A stretch of 64,000 bases of DNA. It comes from Streptococcus parasanguinis. GTDB taxonomy: Bacteria; Bacillota; Bacilli; Lactobacillales; Streptococcaceae. Within the stretch, counting starts at the first letter, position 1. Every line of letters begins with the position of its first letter. Below the pieces are notes generated by a model. It ran no database searches. It worked only from the letters and a program-made list of their open reading frames with translations, and was not told where the DNA came from. Positions 1 to 9,521 of this stretch are shown here, piece after piece. The DNA lies in assembly GCA_018379295.1 (NCBI GenBank), contig JAGZVW010000003.1, positions 6,111 through 70,110 on the forward strand, read 5' to 3'. A program made the position numbers and the translations under genes.

Positions 1-711
1 GCCTACATTATTACAAGAAACACGGTATTGTACAACTTAGGATTTATCTTCTTAGGATTGATTGTTTCCGTAGGGATTGCCATCATCTTTAGTGAGTTGA
101 GATCAAAAAGAGTGGTCAAGGTGCTTCAAACCTCCATGCTCTTCCCATACTTCCTATCATGGGTTATCATCAGCTTCTTCACCGATGCCTTCCTTAACGT
201 GGACAAAGGATTGGTCAACCACATCTTAGCTTCATTTGGTATGAAAGCCATCAATTTCTATTCGGAATTGTGGATCTGGCCAGCGCTTCTCCTCTTCTTA
301 GGAATCTGGAAAGGCTTTGGTTATAGCAGTGTCATGTACTATGCAACCATCATGGGAATCGATCCAACCTTCTATGAAGCAGCGACCGTGGATGGTGCAT
401 CTAAGTGGCAACGCATTCGCAACATCACCATTCCGCAGTTGTCTTCCTTGATTACAGTCTTGACCATTCTTGCAGTCGGAAATATCTTCCGCGCAGACTT
501 CGGTCTTTTCTACCAAATCCCGCATAATGCTGGAGCTCTCTATAGTGTAACCAACGTTATTGATGTTTATGTCTACAATGGTTTGACCAAGTCAGGAGAT
601 ATCGGGATGACAGCAGCAGCCGGTCTTTACCAATCGGTAGTCGGTTTGGTTCTTGTGTTAATCTCAAATATCATTGCCCGTCGCATTGATAAGAATGCCG
701 CTCTCTTCTAG
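1..711 (+). CDS. Carbohydrate ABC transporter permease (LplB/MsmF-like), 5'-truncated by the window edge
   Basis: The frame is open from nt 1 with no stop before 709-711. It has the multi-TM and EAA-like loop 'EAATVDGASKWQRIRNITIPQL' typical of binding-protein-dependent sugar permeases. Confidence 0.8.
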   Translation, partial: AYIITRNTVLYNLGFIFLGLIVSVGIAIIFSELRSKRVVKVLQTSMLFPYFLSWVIISFFTDAFLNVDKGLVNHILASFGMKAINFYSELWIWPALLLFLGIWKGFGYSSVMYYATIMGIDPTFYEAATVDGASKWQRIRNITIPQLSSLITVLTILAVGNIFRADFGLFYQIPHNAGALYSVTNVIDVYVYNGLTKSGDIGMTAAAGLYQSVVGLVLVLISNIIARRIDKNAALF

Positions 712-724
712 AAAGGAGGATCGT

Positions 725-1657
725 ATGAAAAAATCAACCATTCAAAAAGAAAAAATTGATAATGTCGGGATCCATTCTTTCAGTAAGAAGAGCAACTTCT
801 TCTTTACCTTGTTGTTGACCTTGGTCGGCTTGACCTGTGTGCTTCCCTTCATCTTCGTTGTCATGATCTCTTTGACAGACGAACAAAGTTTGGCAGTCCA
901 TGGATTCCAATTCTGGCCAGCAAAATTTGGATTTGATGGTTACCTCTTCTTGGTACAGTTCAAAGACAAAATCTTGCAAGCCCTCTTCATTACCTTGTTT
1001 GTGACCATTGTGGGAACAGCATGTAATGTCTTTATCACAACGACCTATGCTTACGCTATCTCACGGAGTACCTTTAAATACCGCAAGTTCTTTACCGTAT
1101 TTTCACTCCTTAGTATGCTCTTTAGTGCAGGGTTGGTTCCAAGCTACATTGTCACCACTCAACTCTTGCAATTAGGTGATACCATCGGGGCTTTGATTAT
1201 CCCAATGTTGCTCAGTCCATTTAACATCATCTTGATGCGGACCTTCTTTAAACGGACCATTCCAGAAGCTATCCTTGAATCTGCTCGGATCGATGGGGCA
1301 AGTGAAACACGGATCTTCTTCCAAATCTGCTTGCCACTCTCTCTACCAGGGATTGCGACTATCAGTTTGTTCACTGCCTTAGGGTTCTGGAACGACTGGT
1401 TCAACGCCCTTCTCTATATTAAGAGTGACAACCTTTACCCATTGCAATACCTCTTGATGCAAATCCAAAACAATATGGATTACATCGCTAAAAACGTCGG
1501 GGTATCCGGCCAATTGGCAGGAGCTGTACAATCCATCCCACGGGAAACAGGACGTATGGCCATGGTGGTTGTGGCAACAGTGCCAATCGCCATTCTCTAT
1601 CCATTCTTCCAACGCTACTTTGTAAAAGGCTTGACCATCGGTGGTGTGAAAGAATAA
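725..1657 (+). CDS. Carbohydrate ABC transporter permease (LplC/YtcP-like)
   Basis: RBS GAAAGGAGGA precedes ATG 725. The listed ORF at 674 is probably 17 codons too long. It has 6 TM and an 'ESARIDGASETRIFFQICLPL' EAA loop. Confidence 0.8.
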   Translation: MKKSTIQKEKIDNVGIHSFSKKSNFFFTLLLTLVGLTCVLPFIFVVMISLTDEQSLAVHGFQFWPAKFGFDGYLFLVQFKDKILQALFITLFVTIVGTACNVFITTTYAYAISRSTFKYRKFFTVFSLLSMLFSAGLVPSYIVTTQLLQLGDTIGALIIPMLLSPFNIILMRTFFKRTIPEAILESARIDGASETRIFFQICLPLSLPGIATISLFTALGFWNDWFNALLYIKSDNLYPLQYLLMQIQNNMDYIAKNVGVSGQLAGAVQSIPRETGRMAMVVVATVPIAILYPFFQRYFVKGLTIGGVKE

Positions 1658-1736
1658 CATCGTTCATTGAAAATCAACAGGATTTTCAATTCATAACTTA
1701 GTCTATAAAGAAAATAACATAAAGGAGATTTTTCTT

Positions 1737-3218
1737 ATGAAAAATTGGAAAAAATACGCGTTAGCATCTGCTAGTGTCATCGCTCTTGGAGCTACTCTTG
1801 CTGCTTGTGGAAACCTTACAGGGAACAACAAGAAGTCAGCAACAACTGAAGACGGTAAACCAATCATCAAGATGTACCAAATCGGTGATAAACCAGATAA
1901 CTTGGATGTTCTTCTTAAAAACGCCAACAAGATCATTGAAAAGAAAGTTGGCGCAAAATTGGATATTCAATATCTTGGTTGGGGTGACTACGCACAAAAA
2001 ATGAACGTTATCATCTCATCTGGTGAAAACTATGATATTGCCTTTGCTAATAACTACGTGATCAACGCTCAAAAAGGTGCTTATGCTGACTTGACAGAAT
2101 TGTACAAGAAAGAAGGGAAAGACCTTTACAAAGCACTTGACCCAGCTTACATCAAAGGGAACACTGTAAATGGTAAGATCTATGCTGTTCCAGTAGCAGC
2201 TAACGTGGCATCTTCTCAAAACTTTGCCTTCAACGGACCACTTCTTGAAAAATATGGTATCGACGTTTCAAACGTGAAAGACTATGCTTCTCTTGAACCA
2301 GTCTTGAAAGCTATCAAAGAAAAAGATCCAAACGTTGTTCCATTTGCAATGAACAAGAGCTACGGTGGACCTTCAGATGACTTCGACTATGTGGCTGTTG
2401 ATGGACTTCCATTCGTTGTTGACTTGAAAGGTGACACCACTAAGATCGTTGACCGTTACACAATTCCTCGTTATGTAGAAAACTTGAAGACTCTTCACAA
2501 ATACTACGAAGCAGGATACATTCCAAAAGACGTAGCAACGAGCGACACTGGTTATGATCTTTCTCAAGATACATGGTTGGTTCGTGAAGAAACAGTAGGA
2601 CCAGCTGACTACGGTAACAGCTTGCTTTCTCGTGTAGCAAACCGTAAGATCGACATCAAACCATTTACTGAACTGTACAAGAAAAACAACACCACTCAAG
2701 TAGCTAACTTTGTTATCTCAAACAACTCTAAGAACAAAGAAAAAGCTATGGAAGTGTTGAATCTCTTGAATACTAACCCAGAACTCTTAAACGGTCTTGT
2801 TTATGGACCAGAAGGCAAGAACTGGGAAAAAGTTGCCGGCAAAGAAAACCGTGTCAAAGTCTTGGATGGCTACAACGGAAACACTCACATGTCTGGATGG
2901 AACACTGGTAACAACTGGATTCTTTACATCAACGAAAACGTAACTGATGAACAAATTGCACAATCTAAGAAAGATTTGGAAACTGCAAAAGAATCTCCAG
3001 CACTTGGCTTCATCTTTAACACAGATAAAGTGAAATCAGAAATCACTGCTCTTACAAATACTTTGAACCAATTTGCAGGTGCGATCAATACTGGTACTGT
3101 GGATCCTGAAGTAGAAGTTCCTAAGATGCTTGAAAAATTGAAATCAGAAGGTGCTTACCAAAAAGTGCTTGACGAAATGCAAAAACAATACGACGAATTC
3201 CTTGCTTCTAAAAAATAA
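1737..3218 (+). CDS. Extracellular solute-binding lipoprotein (LplA-like, family 1 SBP) of the sugar ABC transporter
   Basis: RBS AAAGGAG; lipobox 'LAACGN'; 493 aa, the typical size for polysaccharide/oligosaccharide SBPs. Confidence 0.8.
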   Translation: MKNWKKYALASASVIALGATLAACGNLTGNNKKSATTEDGKPIIKMYQIGDKPDNLDVLLKNANKIIEKKVGAKLDIQYLGWGDYAQKMNVIISSGENYDIAFANNYVINAQKGAYADLTELYKKEGKDLYKALDPAYIKGNTVNGKIYAVPVAANVASSQNFAFNGPLLEKYGIDVSNVKDYASLEPVLKAIKEKDPNVVPFAMNKSYGGPSDDFDYVAVDGLPFVVDLKGDTTKIVDRYTIPRYVENLKTLHKYYEAGYIPKDVATSDTGYDLSQDTWLVREETVGPADYGNSLLSRVANRKIDIKPFTELYKKNNTTQVANFVISNNSKNKEKAMEVLNLLNTNPELLNGLVYGPEGKNWEKVAGKENRVKVLDGYNGNTHMSGWNTGNNWILYINENVTDEQIAQSKKDLETAKESPALGFIFNTDKVKSEITALTNTLNQFAGAINTGTVDPEVEVPKMLEKLKSEGAYQKVLDEMQKQYDEFLASKK

Positions 3219-3242
3219 GAACAGGTAGTTCGAAAAAGGCTT

Positions 3243-3277
3243 TGGAGGAATCTCCAGAGCCTTTTCATGTCTTTATG
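3243..3277 (+). terminator. Rho-independent terminator after the SBP gene
   Basis: GC-rich hairpin 'aaggctttggagg...ctccagagcctttt' followed by T-run. Confidence 0.5.
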
Positions 3278-3384
3278 AAAATAGAACTGTAAATGAAAAT
3301 CAATATTTCAATTTACCAATGCAAATAAGGGAAAGCGTTTTATTTTTATGGTATAATAGAATCACTAATTGGAAAAGAGGCTGA

Positions 3385-3999
3385 ATGATGGGAAAAATCA
3401 TCGAGTTCATTTTTACGAGAGTCTATGTTGCTATGCTGGTAACAGGGATTTTTTGGGTCTTGACGATCTGTGGGGGTGTTCTACTAGGAGTAGGACCGGC
3501 TAGTGCCACTATCATGAGCCTCTATGCGGAAAATGGCATGACCTACAAGGACTATCATTGGTCACGCGCTTGGGAACTCTTCAAAGAAAATCTACGCCCG
3601 GCCAATCAAGTCTTTTATACCTTCTTTGCCATTGAAGGGGTTCTCCTCTATGGCATGTACCTCATGGTCCAGATTCCTCACTTGAATTTCTTCCAAATTT
3701 TGGTTCTCTTGTTTAATCTGGTTTTCCTCTTGGTTGCGCCTCTAGCTTACGCCGTTTATTTGAAATTGCAAGTTCATTTTGATCTCTCTTATGCCAACAG
3801 TATCAAGCTCAGTTTGATCGGAATGTTGCTGGACATTCGTCCGGTTCTCAAGCTCATCCTTGGAACCGCGCTACTTGGTGTCATTAGCTACTATATGCCA
3901 GCCCTTCTCTTTTTCGTCTTGATCGGTGTATGGCATTTCTTTGTCAATGATATCTTTGACCCTGTTTATCAAAACATCCACGAAAAATTGGTATCCTAA
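3385..3999 (+). CDS. YesL-like integral membrane protein (DUF624 family)
   Basis: 204 aa, 5-6 TM. It sits between the sugar ABC genes and the YesMN-like TCS, as in Bacillus yesLMN. Confidence 0.6.
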   Translation: MMGKIIEFIFTRVYVAMLVTGIFWVLTICGGVLLGVGPASATIMSLYAENGMTYKDYHWSRAWELFKENLRPANQVFYTFFAIEGVLLYGMYLMVQIPHLNFFQILVLLFNLVFLLVAPLAYAVYLKLQVHFDLSYANSIKLSLIGMLLDIRPVLKLILGTALLGVISYYMPALLFFVLIGVWHFFVNDIFDPVYQNIHEKLVS

Positions 4000-4001
4000 C
4001 G

Positions 4002-5648
4002 ATGAAAAAAATCTGGTTAAGTACGCTTTTAAAATTCTACGCCTATGTCATGGTGGTCATTTTGACCATTATGGGCCTGGTTGTTGCGGGGATCTCTTGG
4101 AAAAACCAGCAAGCTGAAGCCGACCGGATCGCCCAACGGGTCTTGACCGAAGTGGTGACGGATCTTGAGACCTCTTATCAGCGGGTCACACAAGAAGGGC
4201 GTAGCCTCGTTGAAAACCCTGCAAAATTAGAAGGAGTTTATCGCTATTTTACCTTGTCACCATCGGAGTATGAGACTTGGCGATTGAATGCCCAATTTCC
4301 TTCGTATATCCAATTGTCCCTACATAAGAATATTGACAGCCTCTATTTGAGCAATAAAAACATCGAGGGTATCGATGTCACCTTGTCTGATTACAAGACG
4401 GTATTTGTCTCTACCCGGCAATCACAGGGAGGCAAGCAAGTCTCAGCGGACCATTACAAGGCTCCTGCGACAGCCATTCCGGTTCCTTTGACAGATCCGA
4501 CTACGGGTGCTGGAGTTGGGATAGCTTATATGACGCTGGACCAAGAAATTTTGACGGCAACGATTGATAATGCCAGAGGCGATCTTCCGATCGCTGTGCG
4601 GATTTTCACTCCCTTTGGGAAAGAGATGTACCATGAAGGGGATAAGGGGCAATCAAAAGATGTTAAATGGCAAACCCGTAGCACGATCTATGGCTACAAG
4701 GTGGATGTAGCTGTTTCTGAAAGTTATCTGGTCAAAAAGGGTCTAGCTAACCTGACCACTTTCCTCTCCATTGCTTTCCTAATTTTCTTGATCCTTTACT
4801 TGTTATTACGGCAGATTTTCAAAAATTACCGGCGTCAAGTCCTCGATTTGGTCGATACCATGAATCAGATCAGTCAAGGCGATAGTGAACGACGGATTGA
4901 TACCTCGACCAAGGATCAAGAACTGCTGGTTATTGGTAATATGATCAATACCATGTTAGACAATATGGATAAGAATATTCGGGATATCTACCAGCTGCAG
5001 CTCAGCCAAAAAGATGCCAATATGCGGGCCCTACAAGCCCAGATCAATCCCCACTTCATGTACAATACACTGGAATTTATCCGGATGTATGCCGTCATGC
5101 AAGAGCAGGATGAATTGGGTGATATTATCTATGAGTTTAGTAGTCTCTTGCGCAATAATATCTCAGACGAGCGAGTGACGACAGTTGAAAATGAGCTCGA
5201 ATTTTGTCGCAAATACAGCTACCTCTGTATGGTGCGTTATCCAAAATCGATTGCCTATGGCTTTAAGATCGATCCAGGCTTGGAAAAGATGAAGATTCCC
5301 AAATTCACCATCCAGCCTTTGGTCGAGAACTATTTTGCGCATGGAGTGGATCATAAACGCAAGGACAATGTGATTAGTGTCAAAGTCTTGCAAGGAGAAG
5401 GGCAAGTCATGATCCTAGTTACTGATAATGGGCGTGGGATGGAAGAAGAACAGCTAGAAAAAATTCAAGAGATACTGGCCAATCGCAATCCACGCTCAGA
5501 AATCGAAGAAAAGAGTGGTCGGCAGTCTATCGGAATTGTCAATGTCCATGAACGCATGCTACTCTATTTTGGAGATCGCTACCATATCCAAGTCTTCTCC
5601 CAACCTCACCATGGAGTGACCTATACGATAACCATTCAAGATGAATAA
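4002..5648 (+). CDS. Sensor histidine kinase, YesM-like (2 TM, extracellular sensor, HAMP, His_kinase, HATPase)
   Basis: 548 aa; 'NPHFMYNTLEFI' His-kinase box; C-terminal 'VTDNGRGM' ATPase motif. Confidence 0.85.
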   Translation: MKKIWLSTLLKFYAYVMVVILTIMGLVVAGISWKNQQAEADRIAQRVLTEVVTDLETSYQRVTQEGRSLVENPAKLEGVYRYFTLSPSEYETWRLNAQFPSYIQLSLHKNIDSLYLSNKNIEGIDVTLSDYKTVFVSTRQSQGGKQVSADHYKAPATAIPVPLTDPTTGAGVGIAYMTLDQEILTATIDNARGDLPIAVRIFTPFGKEMYHEGDKGQSKDVKWQTRSTIYGYKVDVAVSESYLVKKGLANLTTFLSIAFLIFLILYLLLRQIFKNYRRQVLDLVDTMNQISQGDSERRIDTSTKDQELLVIGNMINTMLDNMDKNIRDIYQLQLSQKDANMRALQAQINPHFMYNTLEFIRMYAVMQEQDELGDIIYEFSSLLRNNISDERVTTVENELEFCRKYSYLCMVRYPKSIAYGFKIDPGLEKMKIPKFTIQPLVENYFAHGVDHKRKDNVISVKVLQGEGQVMILVTDNGRGMEEEQLEKIQEILANRNPRSEIEEKSGRQSIGIVNVHERMLLYFGDRYHIQVFSQPHHGVTYTITIQDE

Positions 5649-5658
5649 AGGAGACAGA

Positions 5659-6963
5659 ATGTACAAAGTCTTATTAGTAGACGATGAGTATATGATTACA
5701 GAAGGGTTAAAAAAATTAATCCCCTTTGACCACTGGAATATGGAAGTGGTCGCAACTGCAGAAGATGCAGACCAGGCCCTTGATTATGTGCGAGAGCATC
5801 CGGTGGATGTGGTGATCACGGATGTCAATATGCCTGGAAAGACCGGACTTCAGATGATTGCAGAGATGAAGGATTTGATGCCAGATGCTGCTTTTATCAT
5901 TATGTCAGGCTATCAGGATTTTGAATATGTCAAGACAGCTCTCAATTTGCGCGTGGCAGACTACCTGCTCAAACCTGTCAATAAGGTGGAGATGGGCAAT
6001 ATCCTAGAAAAAATTCAGCACCAAATCCAGCAACCAAGCCAAGAGTTGGCCAACCGCTTGATTCACGATGATATCTCTGAGGAAGAGTTTTGTCGGTATA
6101 TCGCAGGACGAAATTCACTGTGGATTGGGGTTGCTAAGGAGAAAAAAGGCTTTATCAGCTCGTCTTACCAAGTTCTCGGGCAAAATCTTCAACTCTTTAT
6201 CTCAGATCAAGAAGAAGAAGCCATGATTGAGAAGGCCTTCGAGCCACCTTATAAGGAGCACTTTCATCAATTTAAGGACCTAGTGGAGCGGAGTCTCTTT
6301 TATGGAGCGACCCCTCTCAATCAAGATGAGGAAGTCTTTAACTACTACGAGCCGGCCTACCGGGTGATCATGCAAGGAAATATCCAACAGATCTTAGAAG
6401 AACTGGACTGGTTGGAAAAAATGATCCTTGAGAAGACACCTAAGGTTTCGCTGACCAAGCAACTCTTTATCCAATTTTTGATGGATGTCTTTCATTTGTT
6501 TGAATACCTGCAAGGAGATGATTTGGCCGATGTGGTCAAGAAAGTCCATGATGCTGCTACCTTTAGTGAGATGATTAGCTTCATCCAGGAAGAGTTATCC
6601 CGTTTCTTATCCCACTATCGAATGAACGAAAATGTAGCGAGTGTCCTCCAAGTGATTAGCCGTGATTACCAAAAAGAGCTGTCACTCAAGGACATTAGTC
6701 AGGCTCTCTTTATCAATCCAGTCTATTTAGGCCAGTTGATTAAACGAGAAACCAATGCAACGTTCGCAGAACTCCTCAACAAACAGCGGATTAAGGCTGC
6801 CCAGCAGCTCCTCTTATCTACCAATGACAGCATTGAAGATATCTGCTATAAAGTCGGTTACAGCAATGTGGGCTATTTCTATAAGGTTTTCCGTAAACTC
6901 TGTGGAAAATCGCCTAAAACCTATCGCTTACAAGTCATGACAGAGCATGCAGAAGATGAGTAA
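5659..6963 (+). CDS. Response regulator with C-terminal AraC-type HTH (YesN-like)
   Basis: RBS AAGGAGA precedes ATG 5659 (MYKVLLVDDE, receiver domain). C-terminal AraC HTH 'DICYKVGYSNVGYFYKVFRK'. Confidence 0.85.
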   Translation: MYKVLLVDDEYMITEGLKKLIPFDHWNMEVVATAEDADQALDYVREHPVDVVITDVNMPGKTGLQMIAEMKDLMPDAAFIIMSGYQDFEYVKTALNLRVADYLLKPVNKVEMGNILEKIQHQIQQPSQELANRLIHDDISEEEFCRYIAGRNSLWIGVAKEKKGFISSSYQVLGQNLQLFISDQEEEAMIEKAFEPPYKEHFHQFKDLVERSLFYGATPLNQDEEVFNYYEPAYRVIMQGNIQQILEELDWLEKMILEKTPKVSLTKQLFIQFLMDVFHLFEYLQGDDLADVVKKVHDAATFSEMISFIQEELSRFLSHYRMNENVASVLQVISRDYQKELSLKDISQALFINPVYLGQLIKRETNATFAELLNKQRIKAAQQLLLSTNDSIEDICYKVGYSNVGYFYKVFRKLCGKSPKTYRLQVMTEHAEDE

Positions 6964-6996
6964 AAAGGCTGAGACAAATCGTCTCAGCCTTTTTAA
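6926..6996. repeat. Direct repeat copy 1 (~69 bp): 3' end of the yesN-like CDS plus its terminator
   Basis: Near-identical to 8326-8396. The only difference is one extra T in copy 2. Confidence 0.85.
6964..6996. terminator. Bidirectional rho-independent terminator (copy 1)
   Basis: 'aaaaaggctgagacaaatcgtctcagccttttt': 9-bp perfect stem flanked by A-run and T-run. Confidence 0.75.
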
Positions 6997-7093
6997 TTGA
7001 AGATAAAGTCTTCTTAGAAACTTTCCTTAGGTGAGTAGATAACAGAAGGTCAGAGACTCTGAAGCTAAGTTTTGAGTATTTTTTAATTTGACA
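6997..7093. repeat. BOX-like intergenic repeat element
   Basis: 'gaagataaagtcttcttagaaactttccttaggtgagta...' is shared with 39981-40020 and partly with 41850-41870. Internal IR gaagaNaaagtcttc. Confidence 0.6.
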
Positions 7094-7162
7094 AATATAA
7101 GTAGACAGTGTATACTTTATAAAAAGTAGACGGCGTATACTTTGATAGGGAAAGGTGGTCAA

Positions 7163-7756
7163 ATGAAACGGAATACGGAAGAACTGAAAGAAAAGTTAAT
7201 TTCGGTCGGCATTGAAGAAATTAGAACTAACGGGATTGACCGGATGTCTATGCGTACAATAGCTCAAAAATGTGGGGTGACTCATGGAGCTCCCTATAAG
7301 CATTTTGGAAGTAAAGATAGATATATTCAAGTGGTTATGGAACACTTATCAATGTTCTTTTTGACAAATATGATACAAGGGATTGATACTTCCATAGATG
7401 CAAGAACTCAACTAATTCTGATGGGCTGTAACTTTGTAAGGTTTGCCCAAGAGGAAACCTATCTATTTGAAGCATTATTTATCAAATTTCCATATAACTA
7501 TTTGGAGCTATCCCAGGAAACTATTTCAGTCAACTCCTCTTTACCAGGATTTGAACATTTTAAGTCGGTAGCGTTAAGACTTAAAGATGAGGAAAATCTT
7601 TCTAGTAGTGACGCAGAAATTTTGATCCATTTTTGGAGTTTTATTGCTGGTTTGGCTCTATTGGTAAGGAGTCCCGTTGGAGAAAGCTTTAAAGAAAATG
7701 ATGTTCAAAAGACCGTCAGAACGATGCTTGATATTTATATAAAAGGAGATAGCTGA
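7163..7756 (+). CDS. TetR/AcrR-family transcriptional regulator
   Basis: RBS GAAAGGTGG precedes ATG 7163. N-terminal HTH 'MSMRTIAQKCGVTHGAPYKHFGSKD'. ~197 aa. Confidence 0.8.
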   Translation: MKRNTEELKEKLISVGIEEIRTNGIDRMSMRTIAQKCGVTHGAPYKHFGSKDRYIQVVMEHLSMFFLTNMIQGIDTSIDARTQLILMGCNFVRFAQEETYLFEALFIKFPYNYLELSQETISVNSSLPGFEHFKSVALRLKDEENLSSSDAEILIHFWSFIAGLALLVRSPVGESFKENDVQKTVRTMLDIYIKGDS

Positions 7757-8319
7757 TGAATGTTTTAATAATCTATTCACATCCGAATGAAACAAGTTAT
7801 AATGCATCAATCCTTCAAACTGTGCAAAAGCATTTAGCACCAGAGCATAGGGTTAAAATAGTAGACTTATATAAAGAAAACTTTGATCCGGTTTTACGTT
7901 TTGATGAAAGGCATAAAAGGAGAGATTTACAGCATAATGAAGACATGAAACCGTATAGAGATTTATTGAGTTGGGCGGATCAGTTGATTTTTATTTTCCC
8001 TACTTGGTGGAGTGGAATGCCAGCTATTTTAAAAGGTTTTATTGATCGTGTTTTTGTTGCAGGTTTTGCTTATCAGAATGGACCTCGAGGTCCGGTGGGG
8101 CAACTAGATGGAAAAGCATGGATCATTACGACGCATAATACGCCAAAAATTTTTCTTCCTTTTTCTCAAGACTACGCAAAGGTTCTAAAATCCCAAATCT
8201 TGAAACCCTGTGGTATTAAACCGGTTAAAGTGACACAAGTTACACGAGTGGAATATATGAGTGATCGTCAACGGAAAGAAGAACTCGAAAAAATCGCACA
8301 AATAGCAAAAAGGATTTAA
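7756..8319 (+). CDS. Flavodoxin-like fold NAD(P)H dehydrogenase (quinone) family protein
   Basis: ATGA overlap with the tetR stop. 'MNVLIIYSHPN...FPTWWSGMPAILKGFIDRV' is the Flavodoxin_2/NQO signature. Confidence 0.75.
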   Translation: MNVLIIYSHPNETSYNASILQTVQKHLAPEHRVKIVDLYKENFDPVLRFDERHKRRDLQHNEDMKPYRDLLSWADQLIFIFPTWWSGMPAILKGFIDRVFVAGFAYQNGPRGPVGQLDGKAWIITTHNTPKIFLPFSQDYAKVLKSQILKPCGIKPVKVTQVTRVEYMSDRQRKEELEKIAQIAKRI

Positions 8320-8325
8320 AAAGTG

Positions 8326-8396
8326 CTTTACAAGTCATGACAGAGCATGCAGAAGATGAGTAAAAAGGCTGAGACAAATCGTCTCAGCCTTTTTAC
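8326..8396. repeat. Direct repeat copy 2 (~69 bp), including a second copy of the bidirectional terminator (8364-8396)
   Basis: Duplicates 6926-6996. It contains an orphan 36-nt fragment encoding '...LQVMTEHAEDE*' of the yesN-like C-terminus. Confidence 0.85.
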
Positions 8397-8397
8397 T

Positions 8398-9252
8398 TTA
8401 AGTCCTTTGTATCTTGATTTTCCCAACTAGCAGCTCCGCTTCAACGGTGATTTCTGTGAGTTGATTCCAGTCGATTTTTTCTTGGTCAACGTGAAATAGA
8501 AGGGGGGTCATGGCGAGGAGCGCCTGGCGTTCTTCAGGAGTTAAACTCTTGGTGAGGCTGACCGTTTCGGATGAGAGGATCTGGCAGTGGTCTTCAAAGT
8601 GCTCCAAAATCTCCTGGTTGGAGTAGGATTGCTTGGTCAATTGATCTTGGGCCAACTGACGAATTTCTTTCAGATGAGAAGAGGTTGGGACAACCTTAAT
8701 GATCACCCCTTCATCCTTTAAGACACGCTCAAATTCAGCATAATTAGCCGGGGAGAAGATGTCCAAAATGACCTCCATACTCTTGGATTGAATGGGTAAA
8801 TGAGCCAAGTCTCCGACAAACCAATTGACCTTCCAGCTAGTGTTACTCTTGGCAGCTAGTTGCACAGATTCCTTGGAAAGATCAAAGGCATAGAAAGTAG
8901 CTTCGGGATAGGCTTCTTGTAGTTTTCGGGAGTAATAACCTTCTCCGCAACCGATATCTAGAATTCTGGCATCACTGGTCGGAATTTTTTGTCCGATCGC
9001 TGTTAGAATCGGCTCATAAAAACCTGCTTCTAGGATTAGCTGGCGATTCTGGAAATTTTCTTTGTCATAGTCCTTTGATTGTTTGATCTGGGGAGCCAGG
9101 TTGACATAGCCAAATTTCGCCAAGTCAAAAGAATGGCCCTTGGGACATTTAAAACTGGTCTCCACAAGTTCTAGGTCCAGTTGACAGATGGGACAGGCAA
9201 AAGCAGTGGCTGTTTGAAATCGTTGTAATTTTGGTTTAATCGGTGTATTCAT
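8398..9252 (-). CDS. rlmA: 23S rRNA (guanine-N1)-methyltransferase RlmA family (RlmAII/TlrB-like)
   Basis: N-terminal Zn finger 'CPICQ...CPKGH'; SAM motif 'LDIGCGEGYYS'; 284 aa. Confidence 0.8.
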   Translation of the reverse strand: MNTPIKPKLQRFQTATAFACPICQLDLELVETSFKCPKGHSFDLAKFGYVNLAPQIKQSKDYDKENFQNRQLILEAGFYEPILTAIGQKIPTSDARILDIGCGEGYYSRKLQEAYPEATFYAFDLSKESVQLAAKSNTSWKVNWFVGDLAHLPIQSKSMEVILDIFSPANYAEFERVLKDEGVIIKVVPTSSHLKEIRQLAQDQLTKQSYSNQEILEHFEDHCQILSSETVSLTKSLTPEERQALLAMTPLLFHVDQEKIDWNQLTEITVEAELLVGKIKIQRT

Positions 9253-9521
9253 ATTAGTAGTGTAACAAAAGAGCCTCTAGATAGCAACCGATGCTCTAAT
9301 AGAGTACCAAACAGAATATGAGCTGATAGAAAAAGGCAATTCATTGATGCCGATTTTAAAGGACTTGAATCAATGGGGAAAAGAATGGCTGCAATAAATT
9401 TTTTCCTCATTTTAATCTCTTCTATCTCGCCACTCATCTCTTCATTTTGACCACTTATCCCCAAAAGCCATTTTTTAAGCGGCTTTTTTGTTAGACTGGT
9501 TCTATCAAAAGGAGAGAGAAC

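Noticed and set aside
3926-4117. 63-aa ORF overlapping the YesL/HK junction and similar small overlapping ORFs (298-525-, 734-979-, 12267-12630+/-, 38702-38967).
   Set aside because: They overlap well-supported genes in alternative frames without SD sequences.
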